Numbered from the whole stretch's first letter, positions 35,725 to 50,958 are shown. The stretch: DNA of 62,993 nt, filler included, from Octopus bimaculoides (GCF_001194135.2; 5 parts of 4 records of this genome joined end to end with filler, not necessarily neighbours in it), one strand, 5' to 3'. A program made the numbers and translations. Notes: generated by a model from the letters alone, not told the origin.

Positions 35725-36283
35725 NNNNNNNNNNNNNNNNNNNNNNNNNNNNNNNNNNNNNNNNNNNNNNNNNNNNNNNNNNNNNNNNNNNNNNNNNNNN
35801 NNNNNNNNNNNNNNNNNNNNNNNNNNNNNNNNNNNNNNNNNNNNNNNNNNNNNNNNNNNNNNNNNNNNNNNNNNNNNNNNNNNNNNNNNNNNNNNNNNNN
35901 NNNNNNNNNNNNNNNNNNNNNNNNNNNNNNNNNNNNNNNNNNNNNNNNNNNNNNNNNNNNNNNNNNNNNNNNNNNNNNNNNNNNNNNNNNNNNNNNNNNN
36001 NNNNNNNNNNNNNNNNNNNNNNNNNNNNNNNNNNNNNNNNNNNNNNNNNNNNNNNNNNNNNNNNNNNNNNNNNNNNNNNNNNNNNNNNNNNNNNNNNNNN
36101 NNNNNNNNNNNNNNNNNNNNNNNNNNNNNNNNNNNNNNNNNNNNNNNNNNNNNNNNNNNNNNNNNNNNNNNNNNNNNNNNNNNNNNNNNNNNNNNNNNNN
36201 NNNNNNNNNNNNNNNNNNNNNNNNNNNNNNNNNNNNNNNNNNNNNNNNNNNNNNNNNNNNNNNNNNNNNNNNNNNNNNNNNNN

Positions 36284-36334
<51 letters not shown>

Positions 36335-36524
36335 ACACACACACTCACAAACACATATATATACATAGTTAGATATAGATATATAATTGTTTTTTTATAT
36401 ATTTATTCATATATGACTATTTTTCACAGAAACACAAGAACACACATTTATTAGCGCATGTATGTGCGTCCATGCTTGCGTGCGTCTGTGTTTGTGTGTG
36501 TGTGGAGTGTGTGCATGTATGTGC

Positions 36525-36560
<36 letters not shown>

Positions 36561-37217
36561 TTGTGTTTGCATGTGTCTCTTTTCCCGAAGCTACTACCGT
36601 CAGATAGGCTCTATGCCAAACGATAACGCCTCCTGTGCGGTATCGCCAAATATAGATTACGTGCTCTGAAGCTACGTAATCTGTATGACCATCTACATTC
36701 TTACGCCAGCAATGACATATACCTCCAACCTCCTATTTCTATGATATACAAACAGTGATATGCGTAGGTCTGTCTCGGGAAATCTTAGGTAGAAAATTTC
36801 GATCAGTTGTTGTGTAAAAAGGATCACATTCCGAATAGAACCTTTGTTCAGTTGTAAAAATATCTCTAAGGTTTCACAAAATGATCGAGAAGAGCCCAGG
36901 AGCATTCAGTATAGAGTTACATAAAAGTGTGTACAACGTCTTGTCCACTTTTCAACAAATTTGATGGGAGACAACACATGCTTCTCTGCTCCCATGAAAC
37001 AGGAAATGATGGCTTGACCAAAGGGGAATTTCCACCACCATCTATCCTCTTCCGCCAAAAGAAGCACTCCTGACAGCCTAAACAATGCGTCCCTTATTTT
37101 CGGAACCGAACTTTCGTCGCAAGGCATGAATCCGAACGCAGACACACACACACACACACACAAAAAAAACACACACAAATACACAGACATATACACAGAC
37201 ACATACACACATCTATA

Positions 37218-37269
<52 letters not shown>

Positions 37270-37361
37270 GTGCAAAATTGTCATTTGTTATTTCCCAAAG
37301 CTCACGCTCTCCCCCTCTCTTTCTCTCTCTGTCTCACTACATATATGTGTGAGTGTGTGTG

Positions 37362-37413
<52 letters not shown>

Positions 37414-37541
37414 CACACACACACACACANNNNNNNNNNNNNNNNNNNNNNNNNNNNNNNNNNNNNNNNNNNNNNNNNNNNNNNNNNNNNNNNNNNNNNN
37501 NNNNNNNNNNNNNNNNNNNNNNNNNNNNNNNNNNNNNNNNN

Positions 37542-37583
<42 letters not shown>

Positions 37584-38788
37584 TTTTTTAGAATCCTATA
37601 CTGACTTCAAAACAACAACAACAACAGCCACGATGACAGCGCCATCTGTATGTACATCAACCCCTGCAATACAATTTTCTTCTTTATTAAACTAAATCTA
37701 TTCTCCTAATGTTATTGACAATTTGTCTGTGTAAACTTATTATATTTCTTCGTCTTTTGTTGTTTCGCGTCAGTGTCTCAATATGGAGTGTTGCGACTGT
37801 TCAACTCGACAGGGAATCAATGGACCAACTAAGGCGCTATTGGTTCATACCTTGTTGTTGACATTAGAATCTTTCGTTCTTTTCCTCTCCATAATCCAGA
37901 CCAAGAACTGACTGTATCTCAAGTTATGTTGTTTTTTATCTTTTTTTGTGGAGGGAGGGTTATTGTGGGTCTATTTTTCGTCTTTTGTCTTTTTGTTTTT
38001 TAGCTGTCTGTGGCTTGTTAGGCTAGGAACATATAATTGAGTTTAAAGCAGATAATGTTCATGGCATGAGTAGATTTTCCTGGGATGCCTTCTGCATGAA
38101 GAAGATATAGTTAAGTAGGTGCTAAAATCACGTAATCACATCATCGACCGGACTATCAGACGTTGTTATACATCATTAGTCACAATGCGCTTTGCGTTGT
38201 TTTAGTATTCGAATGATGCCACTCTGTTGGCCTGAAGAGCAGACCAACATACTCCCACCTCTTGATCGGAAGGCTAGTCCGTTGAAGGGTTACACATTTG
38301 AATCTGAGTAGACAGATCGAGCAGCACGTTGTGTTCTTGTACAAAACAGGGAAACATTGCCACAGTTCACTCAGCAGACGTTAAAATACGGAGTGAAATT
38401 AGTACTACAAACATGTTTACTCAATTATGATTATACTTGTACCGAAGAGACCAGTTGATGACAATTCCTATGAAGATATGCATGGAAGACTATTTCGGAA
38501 TTCAAATTTGTCTTCACTGAAATACTGCCATTCAATATTTAATTTAGTTAAAAGGCAGCGAACTGGTCCGTCTCTGTGTTCTGAGTTCAAATCCCGCTGA
38601 GATTTACGTTATTTTTAATCCTTTTGGGTCGATAAATAGTGCCAGTATAGCACTGATGTCGATGTGATTGAATTTCTCCCCTAAAACTTTTTGGTCTTGT
38701 AAACAACACAAATTATAAAGTCTAAACCTGAGATCAAGTAAAGAAGAATACCTATCTATCTATCTAGCTATCTATCTATCTATTTATC

Positions 38789-38819
<31 letters not shown>

Positions 38820-39779
38820 CTATCTGTGAGTTGTTAAAAGTAGACACGAAATTACGTCATGTTGACTGCCTTTGATAAACTGTATTGAAACCAAAATCAA
38901 GACTGTCCAGTTTCCTAACACGTTGTCTCTTTAATGTAGGATTTTAATTTCTCACTAGGTTTAGTTATTTTTAACTCAAATATTTTCTAAATTTTCTGTA
39001 TTTCTCCTTGATTTTGCTATGAAGTTATGTTCCACCAACTCAGCTAAAACTCTGTTTCTTCTTTCATTACTAAATTATCTTCTTTCTTGCGAAAATATCT
39101 ATTGTAGTTTTTGTGCTAATACCGCAAGTCATTCTTCAGTCCAGCTCTTATTAGGAAAAGAGGTTTTCCTAATTACAGCCATTTCAAGGAATGTGTTTGC
39201 ATACGTCCTTTGTGCAAGTTCGGACAAAGATTTAATCGTGCATGTACGTCCGTAACCAGCACCACATACACTGACGGTCCAGCAACGCAAGCTTTCAGCC
39301 TGTTAGTTGCTCATTCCTGTTGCAAAGCAAGAGAGTCGACTTGACAGAAATCTAATTTATTTTACCATTTCATTACATTCTATTTTCCTATTCCACTTAT
39401 TCTTAAATTTCACAAATTGTCTCTACTGTCTTCTATATCATTGTTACTTATGTAGTTCTCGCACATCGATGACAGTTTAATACAAAGAATATGCAATATA
39501 TTTGTGATATGATTCTAGTCATGTCGAGGTCTTTTAATATCTTTCAATTACTTCATTGACTATTATAATTATACATTTGTTTTCAATTCTTCCGTCTCTA
39601 AAGGTTAAAATTGGTTCTACCATTATCCAGCAAATGTACCACTTTGCTAATCATCCGTCAATGAATGCGTTGCAATAATCTCATGACATGTTTCCTAAGT
39701 TAAATACTCGCCTGTTATCATAATTATGTCAACCGTTCATGATTAAACTATTATCTATGTGTGTGCATTATTGCGTCAT

Positions 39780-39950
39780 TAACCATAAATTAAGGACAAT
39801 CACCAGAGGCTCGACGTCATCCTGGAGGATGTAGAGGGTCTGGCACGGAACCGCCAGCGATGGGGAGCACTGCTGAGCCTGGTCGGCTCTACGCTCGATG
39901 ACACCTCAGGGACCTCTTGCCTAATTATTATTATTATTATCATTATTATT
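39780..39950 (+). mobile_element. Probable 3' end of an RTE-like LINE with (ATT)n tail
   Basis: DVILEDVEGLARNRQRWGALLSL resembles the A.DR..WR.L C-terminus; followed by a simple-repeat tail. Confidence 0.5.
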
Positions 39951-39952
39951 AT

Positions 39953-39992
<40 letters not shown>

Positions 39993-40190
39993 CAGTAGTT
40001 TTATTTTTATAACGTGCTTTCACTTCACTACCGAGCGCAGCTCTGCGTGCCTTGTGTATGTGCTGTGGTTTGCTGTGATGCTCTTATGGTTACTGTATTG
40101 AAAGTGTTTTGCGTAGGATGTGTGCAGTGCCCAGTAGTGCAATTTTCTGTATGTTATATATATTTGTAAGTCCTGGTGTTTTTGTTATGT
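39993..40190 (-). mobile_element. R4/Dong-like LINE 3' end
   Basis: Minus strand KYITKTPGLTNIYNIQKIALLGTAHILRKTLSIQ*, the C-terminus of restriction-like-endonuclease LINEs; sits between (AAC)n and (AAT)n repeats. Confidence 0.75.
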
Positions 40191-40203
40191 ATTATTATTA
40201 TTA

Positions 40204-40254
<51 letters not shown>

Positions 40255-41974
40255 NNNNNNNNNNNNNNNNNNNNNNNNNNNNNNNNNNNNNNNNNNNNNN
40301 NNNNNNNNNNNNNNNNNNNNNNNNNNNNNNNNNNNNNNNNNNNNNNNNNNNNNNNNNNNNNNNNNNNNNNNNNNNNNNNNNNNNNNNNNNNNNNNNNNNN
40401 NNNNNNNNNNNNNNNNNNNNNNNNNNNNNNNNNNNNNNNNNNNNNNNNNNNNNNNNNNNNNNNNNNNNNNNNNNNNNNNNNNNNNNNNNNNNNNNNNNNN
40501 NNNNNNNNNNNNNNNNNNNNNNNNNNNNNNNNNNNNNNNNNNNNNNNNNNNNNNNNNNNNNNNNNNNNNNNNNNNNNNNNNNNNNNNNNNNNNNNNNNNN
40601 NNNNNNNNNNNNNNNNNNNNNNNNNNNNNNNNNNNNNNNNNNNNNNNNNNNNNNNNNNNAACTGTGCTTTCGTATAAAGTCGGTTTTGTGACTCTGGGTT
40701 TCTGATCAACATCATAAGCAGCAACAACAACAGCAGAAGTGGCGGTAGCTGTATCATTATCACCGTCTCTCTACAAATTTCTCGAAACAGCTCGGGGATG
40801 ACGCCATATTGTTGAAGAGAATATAATTACCCATAATACACCTCAATCGCCAGATAAACCGTATCTACATCGATGGTGAAAATGGGGGGGGGGGAATAGA
40901 AAGTTATCGAAGAATCATTTTCTATGAATAAATATCCATTTATTGACCGGTGTTCAATGAAGATGTACACCGATCAATATATATCCATATATCGATCAAT
41001 ATCTTTGTTAATTAGTTTACATAGGTGCATCAGTCCCCAGGACTTCGAAGAGAATGGAGTAAGATTAATTGTGAAATGTTGTTTATTTATTCAGTTATTT
41101 ATTTTATGTTTTAGTCAAGAGAGGAAGGATATCACTAATGATCTTTCTTTTAGGCCTTTAAAGGCTGGAGAAAGAGAGAGAGGAGGAGAGAGAGAGACAG
41201 ACAGAGACAGATGAGAACACAGACAGACAGAGAAGGAGAGAGAGAGCAACTTACCCTCAGATCGAATCTTCTACAAATAGCAAAGATTCAGTGATCACGC
41301 ATCCCTATCTCTTATCGTTTTGCTATTTTTCACTTTTCAAATCCTACACCAATCTCCCTTTTTCTTCTAAAAATTCTTCTTCTCTGGAACCACAACTCTG
41401 TCCACAAAATCCTCTGTCTTCAATTTACATCAATTCAAAGAGATCGATTGCAATAATATTGACACGAGTATAGATGAGTGGTAAAGAAGTCCATTTTGCA
41501 GTTTCGTTGTTTCAGATTCATTCCCACCGTACAGTATCTTTAGCGAATGAGTTTGACAATAAATAACAAAAGATAGAATTGGCAGATTTGTTAAAGCGTT
41601 GGAAAGAACAACTCTTAGCATTCACTCCGACTCCTTGCTCTCTGAGTTCGAATTCGACTAAATGAACTTTATTGCTGGGTCGATAAAACCTTACCAGCAA
41701 TTCATGATGACGGATTGGCGAAACTGTTGCGATATTCTGACCCTACTATTCCGTTCTGACTGCAACCCCAGCGATGACACAGGTACCGAGCTGAATCGAC
41801 CCGAGTCAGCACCCTCTCTTATTGATACATATCGCTGATGTGGGAAGAGAAGCTTTGCATGATATACAACTAACAACAAAGAAATAAGAACCCACAGTAT
41901 GGTAGAAGCCATAGCCGCTCATAATAAAAAGGAGCACTGGTGGAATGTCCCAGTGCAAATCTCAGGCCTGGGAT

Positions 41975-42370
41975 ATCTAACACACTGCCTAAATACCAAT
42001 CTTGAGAAATTAGGCTTCTCAATATCAGAAAGGAGAAAAGTGATTCGAAGACTACAGATCCAGTCCGTCACTGGAACTGTAAAAATCTGTAAAACTTTCC
42101 AGAAGTTTATCATTTAAATATATATGAGCATGTCTATATATGCAACTATATGCACGAGAATACATACATAAAACAAAGCATACAAATCTGCATATACATA
42201 CATACATACATATATACGTGCATACATACTGACATATATATATATATACATACAAAAATACCGTTGTTGATGTTGAAATTCCAATGAAGGCGCCTTAGAT
42301 CTAGGTTGGAAACCGGCTCTTTTGCTATTGGCAAGAAATCTTGAAATAAACTGAATAATGACATACGTCT
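41975..42370 (+). mobile_element. R4/Dong-like LINE 3' end (second family)
   Basis: LGYLTHCLNTNLEKLGFS..RRLQIQSVTGTVKICKTFQKFII*, then a 3' UTR within (TAYA)n repeats. Confidence 0.7.
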
Positions 42371-42579
42371 ATGTATACATGTATGTATTATGTACGTACA
42401 TATGTATGTATTTATGTATGTATGTATGTATGTATGTATGTATACACACAAACGCTCATACACACCCACATACACTACGTATTGAAACTGACGTTAAGAA
42501 AATTTCAATATTTCATTTTTGTGGGGGGTTTTTTTGGTTTGTCGTTTTATAATTTTTATTCCGATTTCTTTATATTTTA

Positions 42580-42760
42580 TATCTTTATATCTTTAATTTT
42601 ATTGTTGCTCATTATTTATTTATTTATTTATTTTTCATTTATTTATTTATTTATTTTTCATTTATTTATTTTTCATTTATTTATTTATTTATTTTTCATT
42701 TATTTATTTTTCATTTATTTATTTATTTATTTTTCATTTATTTATTTATTTATTCTATTT
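42580..42760. repeat. (TTTA)n / TTTTCATTTA minisatellite
   Basis: Directly visible mixed 4- and ~10-nt units. Confidence 0.85.
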
Positions 42761-42930
42761 GTTTCGAATCATGGCTGAATAATTACGTTAATATTCTTTG
42801 GTCNNNNNNNNNNNNNNNNNNNNNNNNNNNNNNNNNNNNNNNNNNNNNNNNNNNNNNNNNNNNNNNNNNNNNNNNNNNNNNNNNNNNNNNNNNNNNNNNN
42901 NNNNNNNNNNNNNNNNNNNNNNNNNNNNNN

Positions 42931-43375
42931 CACCACAACAACCAGGAACACCATCACCAAAACTACATCACCACCACTAATACCACCACCAACACCAACA
43001 CCACCAACAACAACAAAGCCACCACCACAAACACAACCACCAACACCACCATCAACACCACTACAACCACCACCAAACATTACGACCAACCACTAACATC
43101 CTCACCACCGTCACCAAAACAACCACCATCATCATCACCACTACCACTGCCACAAACTCTAACATCACAAGCACTGCGACAAACATCATACTACTACAGC
43201 CACAACCACCACAAACACCAACACCAGCACCATCACCGTCACCAAAGAACACAAGCTCCACCACCACCATCATTGCCACAAACTCTACTATCACAAACAC
43301 CGCGCAAAAACATCCCAGCACCACCACCACCACCATCATAACAACTACGAACTGCATCATTACCCCCCACACACA
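42931..43375. repeat. Degenerate (CAC/CAA/CAT)n trinucleotide low-complexity tract
   Basis: Directly visible; similar tract at 50025-50310. Confidence 0.85.
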
Positions 43376-44039
43376 CACACACACACACACATACATACAG
43401 ACACACACACGTACACACCTCAATCCCCACCGACACTACCTCCGCCGCCGTAACCTCTTACACGACATCTGTTGCAAAGCAAAGTTTCAGAAGGTGTGCT
43501 CAGGATTTATCTGCTGCCAATCTCCGAATAAAACATTATGTCTCTCGCTCACTAACATTTGCATTTAAATGGCTCCAAAGACATCTGATCTGGTCCCTTG
43601 CATTGTTGGCGATTTTCTTAAGCGACATTCTGAAGTGGAATAAAACCAATAAAAACACGCGCACACACACACACATACACACATACACACACACGCACGT
43701 ACACATATACAGCGCACACATTCATATATCAATCAATATATGTGTGTAAGCGCGCGTTTATACAAATACGTGTACATAATATATATAAAGACAAATATGT
43801 ACGTGTATGTGTGTATATATATATATATATATAGATGTATATATATCAAATATATATATGTATACTTATACATATACACACACACACATACACACACATA
43901 CACACACATATATATATATTCATACATACATGCATATATATAAACACATAAATATACACATAAATATATATAGGTATAAATTCATAGATATATATATTTA
44001 TATACGTCAATGAGAAAGGGTGTTTGTATATATATATAG

Positions 44040-44079
<40 letters not shown>

Positions 44080-44152
44080 ATGTATATGTATGTATATGTA
44101 TGTATGTATGTATATATATATGTATGAAAGTATGTATATATGTATATGTTTG

Positions 44153-44215
<63 letters not shown>

Positions 44216-44497
44216 GTATGCCTCATTATGTATGTTCGTGCGAGTGAGTGTATACTCACACATATATTATATATGTGTGTGTGTATGTGTGTGTATGTAT
44301 CGATATATATTTAGAGACTCAAAAATATCGACATACGTATATAAGTGCGTGTGTATACATGCATATATATATATATTATATCATTTATCATATTCATTAT
44401 GTATGTATTATATATATGCATATATATAAATATATGTATGTGTCTACATACAAAATTTTATACACATATATGCACATTTCTATACATATATTTATGC

Positions 44498-44528
<31 letters not shown>

Positions 44529-44878
44529 TGCAGACATATATATATATATATATATATATANNNNNNNNNNNNNNNNNNNNNNNNNNNNNNNNNNNNNNNN
44601 NNNNNNNNNNNNNNNNNNNNNNNNNNNNNNNNNNNNNNNNNNNNNNNNNNNNNNNNNNNNNNNNNNNNNNNNNNNNNNNNNNNNNNNNNNNNNNNNNNNN
44701 NNNNNNNNNNNNNNNNNNNNNNNNNNNNNNNNNNNNNNNNNNNNNNNNNNNNNNNNNNNNNNNNNNNNNNNNNNNNNNNNNNNNNNNNNNNNNNNNNNNN
44801 NNNNNNNNNNNNNNNNNNNNNNNNNNNNNNNNNNNNNNNNNNNNNNNNNNNNNNNNNNNNNNNNNNNNNNNNNNNNNN

Positions 44879-44932
<54 letters not shown>

Positions 44933-46744
44933 AAACTCATTTTCTAATAATTTATTTCGATTTTTGATTTTTGAAATTTTTTAAATTCTTTTCTTTTCAT
45001 TTATAAGCTACGCTATATTTCTTCGAACTGAGATGTTGGACAAATTATTAGCATCTCTTAGCTTTAGCCTCCAGGGTGAATGCAAATGCAAATAAGTGCT
45101 ACCGTTTCAACAAACGATCATTAAACGTTGAGCAAATGTGTTTTCCACCGTAGCGTCGGATCAATCCAAACCTTGAGTGAAATTTGATAGACGAAAACTG
45201 TTCGGAAGCTTGCTGGGAAGAAGGTTATTGAATTCTAATCTTCTCCAATCTACTGTAACCCAAATGTGTTTCGCACGTCGCACCAAAAGTCTCTCTTCCT
45301 CATTAGTTTTACTGGCACGCAGTTTCGTGATGTAGCCGTATGTCTTCCAGTAACATCAATTAGAATCAGCGCTCTTCATCCTTTATCCGCGTATAGAAGT
45401 TTCCAGAATGTTCCTTCTGATTCTGGCACAAGGTCAGCAACTTTAGAGAGGTGGGGAGTTGATTACACCGATGTTAGTGTTCGACAGATCCTTATGTCAT
45501 CGATCCTGAAAAGATGAAAGGCAAAGACTACCTCGACAGCATTTGAACTCAGAATATAAACAGTTGAACGTAAACAGATTTTGCCACTTTTAAAAATACA
45601 GCATTTGATGTAGCTTGATAGTCATCGTGCTAGTGATGGCTAGCATAACTACATTGCACAACAATAATAGAGGTGGCTGGAGTATATCCATAAATCTCTT
45701 TTGGTCATGTGCACACTCCGTGCGATATTTTGAGACCTCAAGTGAAGTCTACTGTATGTGCCAGCAAGACTTCACAGTCCAGGTTTTGGCCGCATCGAAA
45801 AGAATTCTTAATTCATTGCCTGATTATATGAGTGAAAGGGTTAAAGTATGAAAAAGATTAGTAATAAAAACTCTAAATCAGAAAGAACTATAATCAAAAT
45901 TAAAGAGATGCTTTAAGGATCATATTCTGATTAAATCTGTATTATTGGCTTTACTTAATAATATCAAAATCAATAAAAGAATTAAAGGATTCAGTTACTG
46001 AAATAGAATAACAAATTGTAATCCGAATTTATAATTTTCAGGTCTTTTACGATTTTTCTTTTTATATTATGTCGCATTTTGTTAAACAGAGAAAATGGTT
46101 GTAAACCAAAGCTACAAGTTTTAATTTTGATTTTAATTTTGTATTTTTCGAATTAAAAAATTATACAAAAATATTACTTACCTTGTAATGAAAACTATGG
46201 TATAATAAAAGTTTTTGTTTTATTAACGATGAAGACAAGAATGAATATATTTATTTAAGGGGACGATAGGATAAAGATGTTATGAACAACTACAACGTTG
46301 ATACGAGTAATTAATTCATTGTAATTAAATTATTTAATGAGAATGACAGAAACAAATGATACCTAATTTGCATTTGAACTATATCAGACCTTTAGGGTTT
46401 GTCACCTTAAACGTTAAAAGGGAAAATTGTAAATAAAAAGTGAACAGTAGTATGAGCAAGAATGCAAATACTTACAAAAGCTGTATATTACACATTGTAA
46501 AAGAATGTAGGAAGAAAGAGAAATGAGAAAACAGGAGAAAAAGGAGCCAAACATACATACATACATATATACATTCACTGAAACTTATCAGTTCGGCAAA
46601 AGAGGCCGATAGAATAAGTACCAGGCTTGCAAAGAATAATTCCTGGGATCGATTTCTTCGACTAAAAAACTCTTTAAGGCTGTGCTCCAGCATGACCGCA
46701 GTCACATGACTGAAACAAATAAATGAGTTAAAGAATACAAAAGA

Positions 46745-46780
<36 letters not shown>

Positions 46781-48744
46781 CTTTGACTTAGGTCTTCTCA
46801 CGCTTTGAGGCAACAAGCATCCTCTTGCGTTGTTAATCTGCTACGTTTCCCTTTCCTCTCCCATTCATCTGCTTCTCACGCATTTAAGATCCTCTTCAAC
46901 GGTCTAGCGTCAAGTATGATTGGGTCAAAGATTTTTGTAGTTGTTTTTTTTTACAATTCCCTTCTTGCTATATCAATGTCACTACAGTGTTTGTATGCCG
47001 AGTGGCTGGCAGATGCATTATGTGACCTGCCATCGTCACAGCAGCTTCATAATGATTTGTAAATGGCTGCGATTTGCTTCGGGGAAATATTTTCATTTAT
47101 AATTTTATCTCACCAGCTGACTTTTCAGTTTCTTGCTTAAAGTTGCCGATATTTTCCATGATTCACTGCTGTACAGAACTGTTGGCAGCACTATTGCACA
47201 ATGAAGCCGAACCATTATAATAGTAATGATGCTTATTGTTGGCCGGAATCGACGCATTCGTTGGAATATAGCTATCTACTTATATTTATTTTCATCCTTT
47301 CGGGGTCGAAAACTTAAGTACCAGTGAAACACTGGAGTCGAGGTAATTGACCACTCCCATCCACCAATATGAAATACTTATTATATAAAGATAGAAAAAT
47401 TATTTAAAAAATATCATAATATCAAAATAATAACCATTCAATAATCATCCCTTCATCCATAATAATAACATGTATATTATATACAAAAAACATCTTACCT
47501 AAATCATCATTGTTTTAAATTATCATTGTTTTTACCTGTAATTTTGGATTTTGTCCCTAATAATATTATATATATATATATNNNNNNNNNNNNNNNNNNN
47601 NNNNNNNNNNNNNNNNNNNNNNNNNNNNNNNNNNNNNNNNNNNNNNNNNNNNNNNNNNNNNNNNNNNNNNNNNNNNNNNNNNNNNNNNNNNNNNNNNNNN
47701 NNNNNNNNNNNNNNNNNNNNNNNNNNNNNNNNNNNNNNNNNNNNNNNNNNNNNNNNNNNNNNNNNNNNNNNNNNNNNNNNNNNNNNNNNNNNNNNNNNNN
47801 NNNNNNNNNNNNNNNNNNNNNNNNNNNNNNNNNNNNNNNNNNNNNNNNNNNNNNNNNNNNNNNNNNNNNNNNNNNNNNNNNNNNNNNNNNNNNNNNNNNN
47901 NNNNNNNNNNNNNNNNNNNNNNNNNNNNNNNNNNNNNNNNNNNNNNNNNNNNNNNNNNNNNNNNNNNNNNNNNNNNNNNNNNNNNNNNNNNNNNNNNNNN
48001 NNNNNNNNNNNNNNNNNNNNNNNNNNNNNNNNNNNNNNNNNNNNNNNNNNNNNNNNNNNNNNNNNNNNNNNNNNNNNNNNNNNNNNNNNNNNNNNNNNNN
48101 NNNNNNNNNNNNNNNNNNNNNNNNNNNNNNNNNNNNNNNNNNNNNNNNNNNNNNNNNNNNNNNNNNNNNNNNNNNNNNNNNNNNNNNNNNNNNNNNNNNN
48201 NNNNNNNNNNNNNNNNNNNNNNNNNNNNNNNNNNNNNNNNNNNNNNNNNNNNNNNNNNNNNNNNNNNNNNNNNNNNNNNNNGTGTGTTTTTTTTTTAATG
48301 GCTTATAAACACCTTCCATGCTGCAAAATTCGAAATCCTTATTATTATTATTATGTTTTTTTTTCTTCTTTCTTCAAATTTTCTTCCATTTCTCGCCGAG
48401 TGTTTTCCGTACACCTAGGGCAGAGAAGCTCATTGTATGCATTCCCAGTTTACACACGCAAATTCACAGGTAAAATATGTATTAAAAAAATTAATGAATA
48501 AATTAATTCATGAATGGATGTTGTTTTCACAGCGATAATGCTCTTCTCAGTACATGAGTCGTTCCAGTTAACACGATTTTTTGCACTTCCTGTAGGGATG
48601 GCAAGCCTGGTATCATTTTCAAATAGGTTTCAGTACCTTTTTTTATCATTCCTAGAGTTCCTACAATCACTGGTACGGTAGTCGCCTTGAGGTGTCACAT
48701 TTTTACAAGTCTTTATATTATTAGCAAGTCTTTATATTTACTGA

Positions 48745-48801
<57 letters not shown>

Positions 48802-48806
48802 CATCA

Positions 48807-48841
<35 letters not shown>

Positions 48842-49329
48842 GTGTTTTTGTGAACTCTTAGTGGTTATTACAGAAAACCATTATTATTGATGTTGCTGCT
48901 GTTGTTGCTACTGCCGCGTCTGCTGCTGCTGCTACTATTATTTTAAATACAATTTCTTGCCACTCGATTCTATACAGAGGTCACTAACAATATATTTTGT
49001 TTTGTTTTTTTTTGTTTAGTTTTTCGTAGAGGGGGTCTTTTTGGCTTTTTATTTTTGCTGTTTTATTTTGCTGTTAGGGGTTTGTATTTTTTACTGAAAA
49101 CAATGCTATCTCAGCACACTCACACACACTCACACATACAGACATACACACCCACATGCACACACTCATACACACACAAACGCACGCTCACGCACACACG
49201 CACACGCACGCACACACACACACATATACACATACACAGACACACACACTGATACACACAAATACTCACACACTCATACATACACACCCATACATACACA
49301 CCTGTACATACGTAAATAAACCTAATCAG

Positions 49330-49360
<31 letters not shown>

Positions 49361-49908
49361 CATACATATATAAATANNNNNNNNNNNNNNNNNNNNNNNN
49401 NNNNNNNNNNNNNNNNNNNNNNNNNNNNNNNNNNNNNNNNNNNNNNNNNNNNNNNNNNNNNNNNNNNNNNNNNNNNNNNNNNNNNNNNNNNNNNNNNNNN
49501 NNNNNNNNNNNNNNNNNNNNNNNNNNNNNNNNNNNNNNNNNNNNNNNNNNNNNNNNNNNNNNNNNNNNNNNNNNNNNNNNNNNNNNNNNNNNNNNNNNNN
49601 NNNNNNNNNNNNNNNNNNNNNNNNNNNNNNNNNNNNNNNNNNNNNNNNNNNNNNNNNNNNNNNNNNNNNNNNNNNNNNNNNNNNNNNNNNNNNNNNNNNN
49701 NNNNNNNNNNNNNNNNNNNNNNNNNNNNNNNNNNNNNNNNNNNNNNNNNNNNNNNNNNNNNNNNNNNNNNNNNNNNNNNNNNNNNNNNNNNNNNNNNNNN
49801 NNNNNNNNNNNNNNNNNNNNNNNNNNNNNNNNNNNNNNNNNNNNNNNNNNNNNNNNNNNNNNNNNNNNNNNNNNNNNNNNNNNNNNNNNNNNNNNNNNNN
49901 NNNNNNNN

Positions 49909-49954
<46 letters not shown>

Positions 49955-50060
49955 TTCAAGCAAAAAAATAGACTTTGATTTGTCACCTGCATGCAGTATT
50001 GCTTCAAATAATGGGCATTGTCATCATCATCATCATCATCATCATCATCACCATCATCAA

Positions 50061-50113
<53 letters not shown>

Positions 50114-50174
50114 ACATCACCATCATCATCATCTTCAGTGCCACCATTCATCATCGTCGTTGTCGTCGCCGTCC

Positions 50175-50207
<33 letters not shown>

Positions 50208-50741
50208 CCACCACCACCACCACCATCCCAGCATCATCATCAATGACAACGCCTACAACTGCAACAACAACAACAGCAACAACATTAGCAACAGCAGCAG
50301 CAGCAGCAGTGAGAGTTTATCTGGTCAAAGACAATTATTATAACAGATGACAGCTTCATATTTCGGTCGACAGGCAGCGCTTGCGCTGCTGGAGAATAAT
50401 TTCTTTTGTCTGCACATCTGGCGGCCTCTGGCGGCAGAAAAAAGATTGGCAGGGACAGTGAACTGCACAGCCTGGCCAAGACCAATCTCTCGTCTTCGAA
50501 TTTCCATTGCAATATTGGTTTTAATAGAAGCATAAGGCTAGGTGTTCTTCAATCCCTGTGACAATCTGCTTCGCGTGTGTATGTGTATATGTGTATGTGT
50601 GTGTTTGTTTGTGTATGTGTGTGCGCGGTGTGTATGTGTGCGGGTGCGTACGTATGTATGTATACATATATAAATATATATCTATATGCATACACTCATA
50701 TATGCAATATATATATATACATGTATATATAAATTTATATG

Positions 50742-50788
<47 letters not shown>

Positions 50789-50881
50789 GTATGTATATAT
50801 ATATGTGTGTGTGTTTGTGCGTGCGTGTATACATATATGTACATATATGTGTGTGTACATATATATACATATATTATATAG

Positions 50882-50958
<77 letters not shown>

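Noticed and set aside
33852-36372. Long ORFs (200-456 aa) in the ORF track here and at 23444, 47507, 49120, 50521, 53270, 55657 and 59227
   Set aside because: They read through N gaps and dinucleotide repeats (X, YI, CV, HT runs); not genes.
42931-43423. Mucin-like or His/Thr/Val-rich ORFs here and at 49975-50350
   Set aside because: Degenerate trinucleotide tracts are open in several frames by construction; no splice context or domain.
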